Shown piece by piece: positions 11,805 to 24,728 of a stretch of 64,000 bases of DNA. How positions within the stretch are numbered: the stretch's first letter is position 1; the number at the start of each line of letters is the position of its first letter. The DNA is taken from positions 62,001 to 126,000 of the forward strand of contig NW_019028988.1 of assembly GCF_002105155.1 (NCBI RefSeq), read 5' to 3'. The notes beneath the pieces were generated by a model. It worked only from the letters and a program-made list of their open reading frames with translations, made no database searches and was not told the DNA's origin. The DNA is from Lobosporangium transversale. Its lineage: Eukaryota. Position numbers and translations under genes: made by a program.

Positions 11805-12671
11805 ACAGCAGTGATAAAGGAAATAGCAAAGCAATAATAAATATACATGTATATATATAAAAAGAATATTGGAAATGTCCCAATGAGATTACCAAATTCA
11901 GTACCCTTCTTCCTTTATTGACTGTCGTTTTAGTACCATGGAAAAGCGTCCATTAGATGCGCTTGCCGGTGGTCTAGCGACATCAAAGTATTTATTAAGA
12001 ACTAAGCAAGATCTTCTTCTTCGACCGTTTATATCAGAATAGGTTGTAAAGCCAGCATAGGTGAATCGGATGAAATATTACCATTGCCCAACCAGAGTTA
12101 AAGGGCAATTAGTTAAAAAGAAGGCAGGGGTCATAGCGCATCGTTCTCTCACCATCTTCATATTTTTCTCCACAATTTGATTACATGGTCGATATATAAA
12201 AAAGACAGCTCCTGACCTAATGCAATGATATTGGAGCTCATTTCTCCTCAAGCACAAACAAAATGATCAAATAATCAAAAACAAAGAGATGTGCTTTAAT
12301 GAAGACGGAAATGCGAATGCCTATTTTGTAACCCTTTCATGAGTTTGAGAGAAGAAAGTACATGTATATATATATTAAACACTTGCAATATGCCGCCGAT
12401 TTTGTTTGAGCTGGGCACTGTTGCACAAATAAAGAACATTGGGCAAAGGCGAAAGTGACATGTGCTGAGTAATAATAATTATAAAATTATAAAACTTGGA
12501 TACTCTCCACTTTGTTTATACCTTTGTCATACCATGTTACTGGTGTTGGAGTAAGGATCACTAAAGTCAAGTGTTCTTCCTCATCTCCATCCTCCTCATT
12601 TTCATCTCCATCCTCATCTCCAAAACCTCATCTGTCATCACGTTTCTCCAAGACCTATTAAAAGAACAGTT

Positions 12672-13205
12672 ATGAAATTCTCAGTTGCTCTGATCATTGC
12701 ATTCGCGTTCACTGTATCCTCAGTTTCGGCACAGAATGACGGCAACAATACAGATGGAGCTATATGCACGACTTGTCTCCAGGATTCACTTCGTGCTCTT
12801 CCACTCTGTAAGGATCTCAATATCACCATGGGAAGCTTTAATCCAGGAGAATCTGTTGCTTATGCTGCATGCATGTGTTCTTCCTTGGATGGAGCATGGG
12901 TTGATCTCTGCAAGGATCCTTCAAAATGCGGTCCTGACGTCGAATCTTTCAAGGGGACATACGCCGCCACGATGGAGCAAGCTGGATTAAGATGCAATGG
13001 AACGACGCCAACTTTTATTCCTCAACCCACAGACCCTGTAGAGCCTAGCTCTGCACTTCCAACTGCCTCCGGTAGTGGGCCTTCAATGGCTTCCCCTAGT
13101 GATAAGCCATCGTCCAGCATCGTTGGCGCAATGCCTTCGACATTTTTCATGCAGCTTATGGGTGCTGTGTCAGTTGCTGTTGCTATTGGAGCCAGCTTTA
13201 TCTAG
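12672..13205 (+). CDS. 8-Cys CFEM-like protein with Ser/Pro stalk and probable GPI signal (array member 2)
   Basis: Signal peptide; CTTC..C..CMCSSLDGAWVDLC..C..C; S/P-rich stalk; hydrophobic C-terminus. Closest paralog of 11448. TATAAAA at 12480 and 12488. Confidence 0.88.
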   Translation: MKFSVALIIAFAFTVSSVSAQNDGNNTDGAICTTCLQDSLRALPLCKDLNITMGSFNPGESVAYAACMCSSLDGAWVDLCKDPSKCGPDVESFKGTYAATMEQAGLRCNGTTPTFIPQPTDPVEPSSALPTASGSGPSMASPSDKPSSSIVGAMPSTFFMQLMGAVSVAVAIGASFI

Positions 13206-14609
13206 AGAAGGGAAATTATAGTAATAGTTTATTAAAATTACATCGGCTCTGGTCCTTTTTTACAATGATGGAGAGGAAAACATGTACATCTCAATTATAA
13301 TGCATACTTCTTGGACGCGATTCATTTCCAGGGTTCAGTCTTCGTTACATTGTTGTATACATGTGCATGTCTATTTATCTACTAGAGAAAGTCGACAAAT
13401 GTTATCTGAATAGAGAGTACTTTATCCACTTTAAATCCTTGAAAAGATATTTGTCAACGACTTTCTAGCGAGGACTCTACTACGGCAATTAATATAGGCT
13501 TGATTGGCTTGTCATTCTAACTGCCTTGTTCTTCCTACATCGTTTGCAAGTGTATGTCAAATATAAACTTTTACCTTTCAAATTAGGAATATACAGTATA
13601 GAAAAGTGCACTTGGTTGCTATAGCTGCTGGCGCAGTTGCTATACAAATGCAGCCACTGGCTGACAACTTATTATTTTAGGGTGGCTCAATCAAATATCG
13701 CTAGTAGCAGACGTGTACAACAGTGTCAAAGGGAAAGTGACTAGTCTAGCCTAGCCTGTCCATGAATCGTTAGGTGTGAGGGCATTTGAAGTTTTTGTCC
13801 TACAGCCAATTAATGTAGTTACGCTTTGCTTGGAATTTGAGACTTTGCATGGACACAACAGAGAGAAGGTGGCTGAGGACAAAGTAGTGTGCACACGCGC
13901 TTTTTATAAAGATGTATTAATCCGAAAGTCGTTACTTCAGAAGAACTTGGAGTGGATTGCTTGTTTGGAAAGGGAGGACACCTTTCCACAAGTAAGAACG
14001 CTTGAGTCCAAGATTCATTCTAGAATCAGCATGTGTATCAATGTGTACAGTATTTGAAGGCAGAGGCAGGATAGCTGTCTATTTTTATCGACATACAAAA
14101 AAACGAAGAGGAACGTGCAAAGTAAATGAAATTGTCCACAGACAGAGAGAGAATTTTTATTTGTTTCTCTTTATTCCAATTAAGCTCATGCTTCTGAGCA
14201 TTTAGCCCTCACTACACTGCCTCACTTTTCTCCCATTGTTTGTATGTCGACGGTTGGTGAAGGCTCTTTATTCGTCTACCTGTGCTCTCTTTCTTTTATT
14301 TTATGCTCTTCTTAAGACGCCGGGACTAAATTACTCTTAGCAGATCGCTCTCGATTGAACAGTAGAAAGCCGACCATGGTGCATATTTGCTTGTTGTTTT
14401 TCGTATTTAGAGTTGTTGGTGGCAAAAAAACAATGGCGTTGTTTATCTTTTGAAGAGTTCCTTCAACTATAAAAAAGAGACAAACGTCTTGCTTCTCCCA
14501 CCATCTTCAATCATCTCACGTCAACTCCACCGCTTCCTCACAGACGCCTTTCGTAAATTATACGTTCACATACACATACACACCCATACATATATAATAA
14601 CATCACACA

Positions 14610-15026
14610 ATGCGCTTCCAAAACGTCGTTGCCTCTATCCTGATCGTGGCTCTTGCCTCGTCTTCGTCCATGGTCGCTGCTCAGGCTGAAATGTCCGAAG
14701 CCTGCGGAAACTGTTTGACCAAGAGTGCCCAGAGCGTCAAGGCTTGCAACGGTTTTGATCCCAACATGGATCCCGCCAAAGCGGCTGCAGATAAGACATG
14801 CTACTGCACTATGGCCTCAAACACCGCATGGGTCGAGAAGTGTAACAGTGATTGTGGTGCAGATTTCACCAGTTTGGTCATCCAGGGTTTCAAGTACGGC
14901 AAGGATACTTACTGCAAGGGTGTCGATGTTAGCGCAAATGGTAATGCTGGATGTGCCCTCAGCGTCTCCAAGTCTGCCGGTGTTGCCATGGCTTTGGCTG
15001 GTGTCTTTGTCCAGGCTATTTTGTAA
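14610..15026 (+). CDS. 8-Cys CFEM-like protein, probable GPI anchor (array member 3)
   Basis: Signal peptide; CGNC-x10-C..DKTCYC-x7-W-x3-C-x3-C..C; C-terminal NAG motif plus hydrophobic tail. TATAAAA at 14468. Confidence 0.88.
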   Translation: MRFQNVVASILIVALASSSSMVAAQAEMSEACGNCLTKSAQSVKACNGFDPNMDPAKAAADKTCYCTMASNTAWVEKCNSDCGADFTSLVIQGFKYGKDTYCKGVDVSANGNAGCALSVSKSAGVAMALAGVFVQAIL

Positions 15027-15410
15027 AATACATTCTAATTAATAATAAGAAATGTTCTTCGTACACCATGCCTGAACGAACCATGCTTTGGGTGCTGACT
15101 GATGGATGTGCCGAGCGATGTTATCTGACTAATATCTCTTGATAAAGAGATATAGCTGCGCCGCATAAAAGGATATTGTTCCTGTGTAGTTCGCACATGT
15201 CTGCACCACCACTACCTCTACAACTATACCGAAGCCATGTATTAAATGTTTTAGCTGTCATTTGGGTAGTACAGGAGCATTTGTCTTTATTTCAGCAGAT
15301 GCCACATGAGGCTAATGACAAGTACATACAAAGAGATGGAAACGAAGAGATCGATGAGTATATAAGGAAGTCCATATATGGGGGAGAGAGCACTCTGATC
15401 AAGACGATCG

Positions 15411-15441
<31 letters not shown>

Positions 15442-15954
15442 ACAAGAAAAAGCGGCGCATTCTTTTTCACAACACAACAGGGCCGGAAATGTCTTTTTTT
15501 TTTTTTTTTTTTTTTGGCAGAACCAAGTTGATAGTAGGAAATAATTGCCTTATCACTAGTTCTTTTCTTATCTTTTTTTTTTTTTTTTTTTTTTGTCTGT
15601 TTTGATGGGCTGAAAGAGTTATCCGTAATGTATGGGTGATGCGCCTTTAGGAAAGACATCCTTAAAGACATTAGAAATGGTAAAGAAAAAAATTGGACAG
15701 AGGAGCCCAGGATGATTTGCACCGCCCAACCATGCCTAAGTCCTTTCTAACTCTAAATACAATCAAAACTAAGAAATGAACCATGGAATGCAGGCCACAT
15801 AAATGTTCGCCGTCCTCCACTCCCCTTCCTTTTCAGATCTTTTACTTCAATCTTCAACCTTTTTTCCCCTTCTTTTAATCATTTTGTAGTAGATCCTGTC
15901 AACCAAGTACGTCGCATTTTTTTTTTTTTTTTTAGATATCATTTGAAATCGTTC

Positions 15955-16401
15955 ATGCGTTATCAGTCCTTTTTCACGTCAATACTTGTCCTTGTCGCTG
16001 CTGTCGTCAATGCCCAAATGAACCCTGCTATCCCCTCACAAGCCTGTAACGACTGCATCAATTCCAATATTCGTTCACTCTCCCCTTGTTCCACGATTGA
16101 ATACAGTGGCAACTATGCAGTTCCAAGTACACTGGATGCGGAAAGCAAAAAATGTGCCTGTGTTCAGGCATCGACAACCTCATGGATCACCTCTTGTCAA
16201 GGCGAGAGTAAATGTTCTAGTTCCTTTGTCCAAACCATTTTGCAGTCTTATGAGGTGGTGAAACCAAAGATCTGTGAAGGCGTTGATATCAATTCGTTAA
16301 ACAATCCCAGTAATACGGCACATTTATCTACTACTCCTTTTAATATAGCTAGAGCCACTGCCCTTGGGGTCACTGTGGTGGCCATTGGCCAAGTGCTGTA
16401 A
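15955..16401 (+). CDS. 8-Cys CFEM-like protein, probable GPI anchor (array member 4)
   Basis: ATG at 15955 (MRYQSFFTSILVLVAAVVNA); CNDC-x10-C..CAC-x7-W-x3-C-x5-C..C; hydrophobic C-terminus. Confidence 0.85.
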   Translation: MRYQSFFTSILVLVAAVVNAQMNPAIPSQACNDCINSNIRSLSPCSTIEYSGNYAVPSTLDAESKKCACVQASTTSWITSCQGESKCSSSFVQTILQSYEVVKPKICEGVDINSLNNPSNTAHLSTTPFNIARATALGVTVVAIGQVL

Positions 16402-16566
16402 AGTATAAATAGTAATAACAATAATAATATACCCCATTCAAGGCAGAAATGATGTTTCTATTCTTATTGCTATTTCAGCTTTTTTTTTCTTTTCTTTTCT
16501 TTTTTTTTTTTCTTGATTCTTCTAGTTCTATATCACTATGTAATAAATCATTCACATTCACATTCA

Positions 16567-16669
<103 letters not shown>

Positions 16670-17440
16670 TTTTCTTTCAAAAATACAACTTATTTTAATC
16701 GAAGAAAAAAAGGGTACTGTATCTTGAGGCTTGAGGCTTGGTTTCATACGAATTGTAGGGAAAATATATTTGATTGAACATGTTACATGTAAATAGCGCT
16801 AGGGTGTCAAGTTCTCAAGGAGTGTTAGTATGGTCTGACATGTTCTGTGGAGACCAGAAGGACAATTACAGCAATAGGTACAGTAGCGACAATAGCAACA
16901 GCGGTGCCAACGCCCGAATTTTACAAATGAAAACAAGCCAAACAATGCATTCACCTTAAACCCCCTATCCGCTTCCAGAGTTGCTATACTTCTTCTTGGT
17001 ATTATGGCGACTCGGATGATGGTTTAAGAGAGTAATTCATTTTTTATCTCCATGTCCGTGGATGTCAGATAGTTACTTTCTTCAATTCAATAAAAGTGTT
17101 CTCGGTTGAACTATACGCATATGGTTTAGGTCAAATGTATAAAGGAACAGTCAGCAATATGGGCTCTCTACTTTCTGCTTTGACGCGCAACGATGTCATT
17201 TTTTTTTTCTGGATCTGAACAAACACTTAGGAACTGTTTGTGCAACGTATATTATCTATGATGCTGTTAAACCGGCCGATCGGAAGCCATGCCCCTTTCA
17301 TGTGTTTATGGAAGAAAGTGAAATCATAATGATGGCCTTTAGGATTGGCGTTGAAGGTATAAAAAGATGCCTTGAGCAAGGTCTAAACCAAGCCTTTAAT
17401 TTTCTTGTTTAACATATTTTATCCTTTTCTAAACTTCAGC

Positions 17441-17899
17441 ATGCATCTCCGATCCCTGTTCATTTCAGCAACTGTAGCAGGCATTACAGCTGCACAGTCA
17501 GCACCATCCGCACTACCACCGTCGCCTATGTCCCCAGCGCCTACAAGTACCCCAGCGCCAGGCGCCCACAATAAGGAATGTGCAGAATGTCTTCGGAAGA
17601 ATATCCAGTCAATCTCCAACTGCGCGAGCTATAGTGAGGTACCTGGATCCAATGCGACAGATTCAGGGGCTAAGAGATGTTTTTGTGCATTAGCATCATC
17701 CTTTCATTGGCTGACATCATGCCAGAACGACCAGAGTGGATGCCCAGCAGCGTATGTAGAGCTTAGTATGGATGCGTATAATAAGACCAAGGGAGCGATG
17801 TGCGCGAATGTTGACATGGAGGGTGCAGGAAGAACAGTCATTACTTCAAGTTTTGCGGTGGTATTAGTTTTTGTTACAACCTTAATTGTAATTATGTAA
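17441..17899 (+). CDS. 8-Cys CFEM-like protein with Pro-rich N-terminal spacer, probable GPI anchor (array member 5)
   Basis: ATG 17441; signal peptide; CAEC-x10-C..CFC-x7-W-x3-C-x6-C..C; hydrophobic tail. TATAAAA at 17358. Confidence 0.85.
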   Translation: MHLRSLFISATVAGITAAQSAPSALPPSPMSPAPTSTPAPGAHNKECAECLRKNIQSISNCASYSEVPGSNATDSGAKRCFCALASSFHWLTSCQNDQSGCPAAYVELSMDAYNKTKGAMCANVDMEGAGRTVITSSFAVVLVFVTTLIVIM

Positions 17900-18132
17900 T
17901 TTTGTAATTAAAGCATTCAATTATCGAGCTATTCAATAAAAGAAAAAGCAGTCCTATCCTTTTCTTTTTTCCGCCCATTTGGGCTTTGCCACTGTTCTTT
18001 CTTTCTTTTTTTTTTTTTTTTTTTTTCTTTGTCTCTTCCCTTCTCTTCCCTACTCCTTCTTTCATACCTGGATAACTTACATACCAACATCACTCCCGAA
18101 ACATACTCAGCCTTATCTGAACCAACTCTGTC

Positions 18133-19563
<1,431 letters not shown>

Positions 19564-19942
19564 TCAAACAGGATGATGATTCAGGATGTTTCTCCTCCCA
19601 TCATTCTTTCTTTTCATTCTTTTTTTTTTTTTTCTTATATTTCCTTTTTAATAGACTCAAACATCCCGTCCCTGTCTTACATTCATTTTTAGTCTGAATG
19701 AATGAATAACCAGAAAAGATAATTGTGGATGTTTATACTCCCAATAATTGAGGATACGCTGCATGAGCATGCTTCTAATTGAAGAGGCAAGGCCACAAAG
19801 ATCTAGAAGCCGTTGTATCCTTTTAAATAAAACTATGATTTAGCATTTAGGACGCGTCGCACAGTCACAACTTTGTTTTTTAAAAAAAAGGAAAGCTTTA
19901 ACATTCTTTACTTCCTCCTTACATTTCAACGAATTGTCTACA

Positions 19943-20108
19943 ATGTCGTCCCGTTACCCACCTCAAAGTAGAATGCCAACTTTGGTGCCACAGAGAACAG
20001 AGAGGTTATGGTACCCTCGACAGAATGGAGTTGAGCACATGCAAGATGAATTACAACAAGAAGAACTGGCCTATCAACGTTTGGTTAGGGCACATTTACA
20101 AAATTAAA

Positions 20109-20146
<38 letters not shown>

Positions 20147-21013
20147 TGAGGTGTAAAAGAACTAGGATCATTTTTACTTTTTCTTTTTTCTTTCTTATTT
20201 GTTAGCAAAAAAGTATACAGAAATCAGGAACGCATTTCATACCTCCAGGCTTATCAAAACCATTTGTGGTAATGGAATGGGTTTTTATTGAATTGTGTTG
20301 TATTGTTTTATTTTTTAACTTTTGTACAAGACATCATCCTGATCATTTCTCTTTCTCTCTTTCTCTCTTTCTCTTCATCTCTCTCTCTCTCTAATTTGAT
20401 CTATTAGGACCTTGAGGAAGAGCAGGAGGAAGATGAGGAGGAGGAGGAAGAAGAAGAGGAAGAAGAAGAGGAAGAAGGGATAGAGTATGAGGAAGCACTT
20501 GATGGATATGACAATGGCGATGGCTACGGTGATGGCTATGGTGATAGTGATAGTGCATTGATACAAGATTTGGATCAGACTCTAGACAATGAGGATTTCC
20601 AGGACTTGGATCTGGACCTAGACCTTGATAACCTGGATATGGATATGGATATGGACTTGGGGCTTAATCATGAGCATCTTCAAGTGGATTATCTTAGAGA
20701 ACCTATATCGCCGTCTATGATATCGACAAGAGTAACAAGAGCAACAGAAGCAATGGCAACAGGATCAGCATTACCGTCAGTATCAGCAACAGTGCAGTCC
20801 CCAAATTCCCCATTTCCTTTAACATCCTTTGCGGACGAGTTGGATCAAGATATCTTGGACATTTTAGACGACCAAAGTGAAGCCGAACAAGAGGATTCTG
20901 ATCAAGCAGCCATGATGTTGATGATGGATCGTGATCTGGATGCTGAGGTAGAGGAAGCGGACCTTTATGCAACTGATAGTGATCTTGAACATCAGAAAGA
21001 TTCATCATTATAA
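19943..21013 (+). CDS. APC15: anaphase-promoting complex subunit 15 (APC15/Mnd2)-like
   Basis: Exons 19943-20083, 20206-20268 and 20408-21013 give MSSRYPPQSRMPTLVPQRTERLW...ELQQEELAYQRLQKSIQKSGTHFIPPGLSKP followed by a long acidic tail. This matches the APC15 pattern (PxLxP...LW, helix, xPPG, D/E tail). Confidence 0.7.
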
Positions 21014-21205
21014 ATACACCATAATATATATATATATATTTTTTAAAAAAAAAGTAAAATAATAAAACATGCCTTCTCTGCGACCTCTTTCTCCCTTTCT
21101 TTCTTTTTTTTTTATTTTATTTTTTTTATTGTAACATCTTTATTTTTGTGTTTCTTTGTAAGGTTGCTAATAGACAAAGGCGAAGGGGGTTTTTTTAATG
21201 TTGTT

Positions 21206-22453
21206 CTATCCTCTAATGGTGATTGGCTTCTCGGGTAACAAACGATTGCTCCTGCTAGTCTTGTCAACATGATCCAAACCAATAAAGTCTCCAGATACAA
21301 TTTCCGCTTCGCTCAATATGTCATCTAAATGCAGCAATAGCGAACATAAAAATAAAAGTTGAGTATTAAGCTTATATAAATACATGCATTTTTTTTTTCT
21401 TTTTTTACAAGGCATACGATGCTCATGAAGTTGTTAAAGCTTACCGTCGTTCAATACATTAAGCTTGCCACCCTGATATAAAACAAACTTGATCTTGGCA
21501 AAGTCCTTCTCATTCATGCCCAATCGTGCCCGCATACGCACTTTCATCTCTGCAAAAGGTTCGTTCTGGAAGGAAGGAAAAAAAAAAAAAAGTTAATAAG
21601 CAAAGAAAAATGAGAGATAAACTGCACAGATATGAGAAAAGCGAAAAAAGTGTTTTACCTCCTTGATAACCATCCGGAATGGGATGCCGTGTGTTCGTGT
21701 AATATCATTGTGGAAGTGGGTACATGGAATGATAACATCTTCTTCCTTGCGGTCAAGCTCCGATACTGGAACTTCCTCCACATAAATTGACAATGAATCG
21801 TGGACGCTGCTAATTGGGTCCATAACCCCATATTCTTTGATCAAATTGCCATTAAACACTGCAAACATACGAAGCTTCTTGCTTCCTTCTGGCGCCAGTT
21901 TGATCTTAGGTAACAATGCATCCACAACCGCACTCATGGTACTGGTCTTTAGCAATAATAGCTCATGGGTCGACTGGTCGCTCAGGGCGGGGCCAAGCCA
22001 TGTGACCTTAATCAACCGTTTGCTCTCCAGTTCTACAATGCTGATGCTCAATTTCTCATAATAAATCACACTCAATCTTCCTACTCCAGCACCATTCATT
22101 CCAGCAAGCGCCTGTGGATTATGCAATTGTTGATGGTGATGATGTTGGATATATCCGGGAGCCAACATTTCCTGTAGCTGCATATTCGGTATACGCTTGA
22201 TAATTGCCTTTGGAAGGCCACTGGGTGCGCCTGCAGATGTAAATTGAATATGTAATGGATCTGTTCCTAATTTTTCCGCAAGTTTGGACGCTACTTGATC
22301 ATATGTGCTCTTCTTGCTAAGCTCAATAGAGTATGTCTTCAATGAGGGATCTTCAGTATTCTTTGGCTTGAAATCCACCACAATTCGGTTGCAAAGATAT
22401 TCATAGTAACTCGGAATAAGCGGCTTTGCATTCGAAGCTGTGAGCTCGGATAT

Positions 22454-22491
<38 letters not shown>

Positions 22492-22540
22492 AAAGAAAGG
22501 AAGGACGAATGAGCCAATTTCTGTAATTCCAAAATAAAAC

Positions 22541-22571
<31 letters not shown>

Positions 22572-24693
22572 CCAGCAAAATTTAACATACTGCCTTGGTG
22601 TCAATTCTTCTTGGAAAACAATAATATCACCTCCCTGAATCTCGCTGTGTTGAAATGATGACTTCATCTTCATTGGCTCAATCATAGTGGGTTTGATTTC
22701 CTAGATATGGAAAGGACGTTAGAGGTTATGTGAGCAAAAAGATTTTCATCATAACAAAAAGTCGTTAAAACTATGAGCAAAGAAGCTGCTATATAGCAGT
22801 TTTTTTTTTTTTTTTTTTTTTTTTGTTTTGCTTTGTTTGTTTTTACCTCAAAGAGTAGCAATTTTGTACCAGGCGCAAAGCCCTTTTTTTCATTGAGAAT
22901 ACCCACAATGTCGCCAACCCTGTTGGCCTTTTGAACATAAATTCTTCCTACTCCCTCCAGTTTGGAGGTGTATGGATCGTAAAACTTTGTAAAGATCATG
23001 ATAGTACCACTGGCACCCTCGTTTGGGGTGGGAAGCGTCTTCGCACCTCCGGGACTATCCGCAAATTCGACATAGCATTTCAGATCCGCCTGAGTACGCG
23101 TTCCATATCTTTCCTTGATTACATCCATTGCTTAGAGCATGAAAAATAAGTTGTTTTTTTGTCAGTGTTTAAGGCACGTCACAAAAAACAAAAAAAAAAA
23201 AAAAATAAAATAAAAAAAAAAATGGAGTTTGCAGTTTCGACTTACTCAAGTTCAAATCCGTATCTGGGATAGGGGTGTCCGTGCGAACAGTATCATTCTG
23301 ACGCTTTACTAGAGTCCAAATTCGAATCTGGTCCTCCGTCAATCCATAGGTATTAGCGACAACTTCCTTGAACTTGGCAAACGTGTCCTGCTTCCTGACT
23401 TTGATCAGCTTACCAGCTGTAGGATTTAATGGGTTAAAGAGATCAAATCCATCATGTTGCTTCACATCTGCTTCCGAGATCACTCGGGCATTGTAAAACA
23501 ACATCGATTCTTCTCGGTCTTTACGTCTGTTTTCCAATGCAATTCGTTCATCATCCAGCCGGCGCTGCAGATGTTCAGGAATATCAGCAGCAGTCAATGG
23601 TTTTAATATTTCATCCATGGCATTGTCCTGAATATAGACCAACATGTAAGCGTTCGTGAAACGTTTGTGTCTATTCATCTGCCGCATTGCCAGTGTCATG
23701 CTCGCCAGATTCTCTAAAGGCTCTCCTCCTCCATAGTTCTCGTCCAACACTTCTTTCATAGTCGCTATCGTCACACGGTCGTCATCAAAGCGATACCACT
23801 TGCCGTCGCGCTCGGGTTTGAGAAGCGCAAAGTAATGGCCTCCATGCAAATCTCCAGAGTGAACCAGTACACTATATGCATTAAGGACAACAATAGCAAT
23901 GAAAAAAAAAAAAAAATCAATATTTGACGAGGAAAAAAAATAGTGAATCATAAGCTTTTTTTTTTTACTCTTGTTGTTGTTAGTCATACCCATGTAATGT
24001 GTATTTGAATCCATCGGGTCCAGCCTTTTGCTTTTCCTCACTGTCCTCGACAAAAGGAGCTAGATCGATATTAAGCGGGAACTCGTGTCGGTCATTGATC
24101 TTAACCATCGCATCCCGTTCAATATCGTACTCGAAGCGTTTCAATTGAAGATGAAGGACTGGCGGCAAGGTCTCAAAGATCACTCCCTTCTTTGCATCCT
24201 GAAGCCCATGACCTTCTGCCATGTACTTGTTGTCACCATCAAGAGTCTCAACGTCAATATAATTGGCAAACGAATCATACAGCGTTTTGCACCCCTTAAC
24301 ATTGAGCTGAATATCTATGATATAGTAGAGCAGGATATACAGGATATTTCAATATAGCGAATAAGTAAGCAGGTTCGCTCCAACAAATGTCTGATAAAAA
24401 AAATAAAATAAAATAAAATAAAATAAAATAAAATAAAAAAAAGAAAGTGAAATTCCGTCATTCTTCTATACCATAAAAGTTCTCAACTCTAGACGATTCG
24501 TATTCGACATTGATACATTTGATGTAGCTCTTCATCCTGCCAACGAATAATTTCTGAATAGCGCCTTCAGCCGCTGTGCCCTAAAAAAGGAAAAAAAAAG
24601 ATTTTCATTAGTCATCGTTCATCGTAGGCGGTCATCCATTGAATCATATACAATGATAATGCGTCATACAGAGCATTGGCAAATTGTATCTGT

Positions 24694-24728
<35 letters not shown>

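Noticed and set aside
11961..11990. 'GGTGGTCTAGCG' resembling a tRNA D-arm/A-box
   Set aside because: No T-arm GTTCRA at the right distance and no acceptor stem.
13776..14057. 93-aa ORF in the spacer between CFEM-like genes
   Set aside because: Non-ATG start and no recognisable motif in the frames I read; it might be decayed coding DNA but I cannot support that.
16825..16920. minus-strand hydrophobic stretch GVGTAVAIVATVPIAVIVLLVS
   Set aside because: No start codon or exon context; probably low-complexity sequence or an unidentifiable relic.
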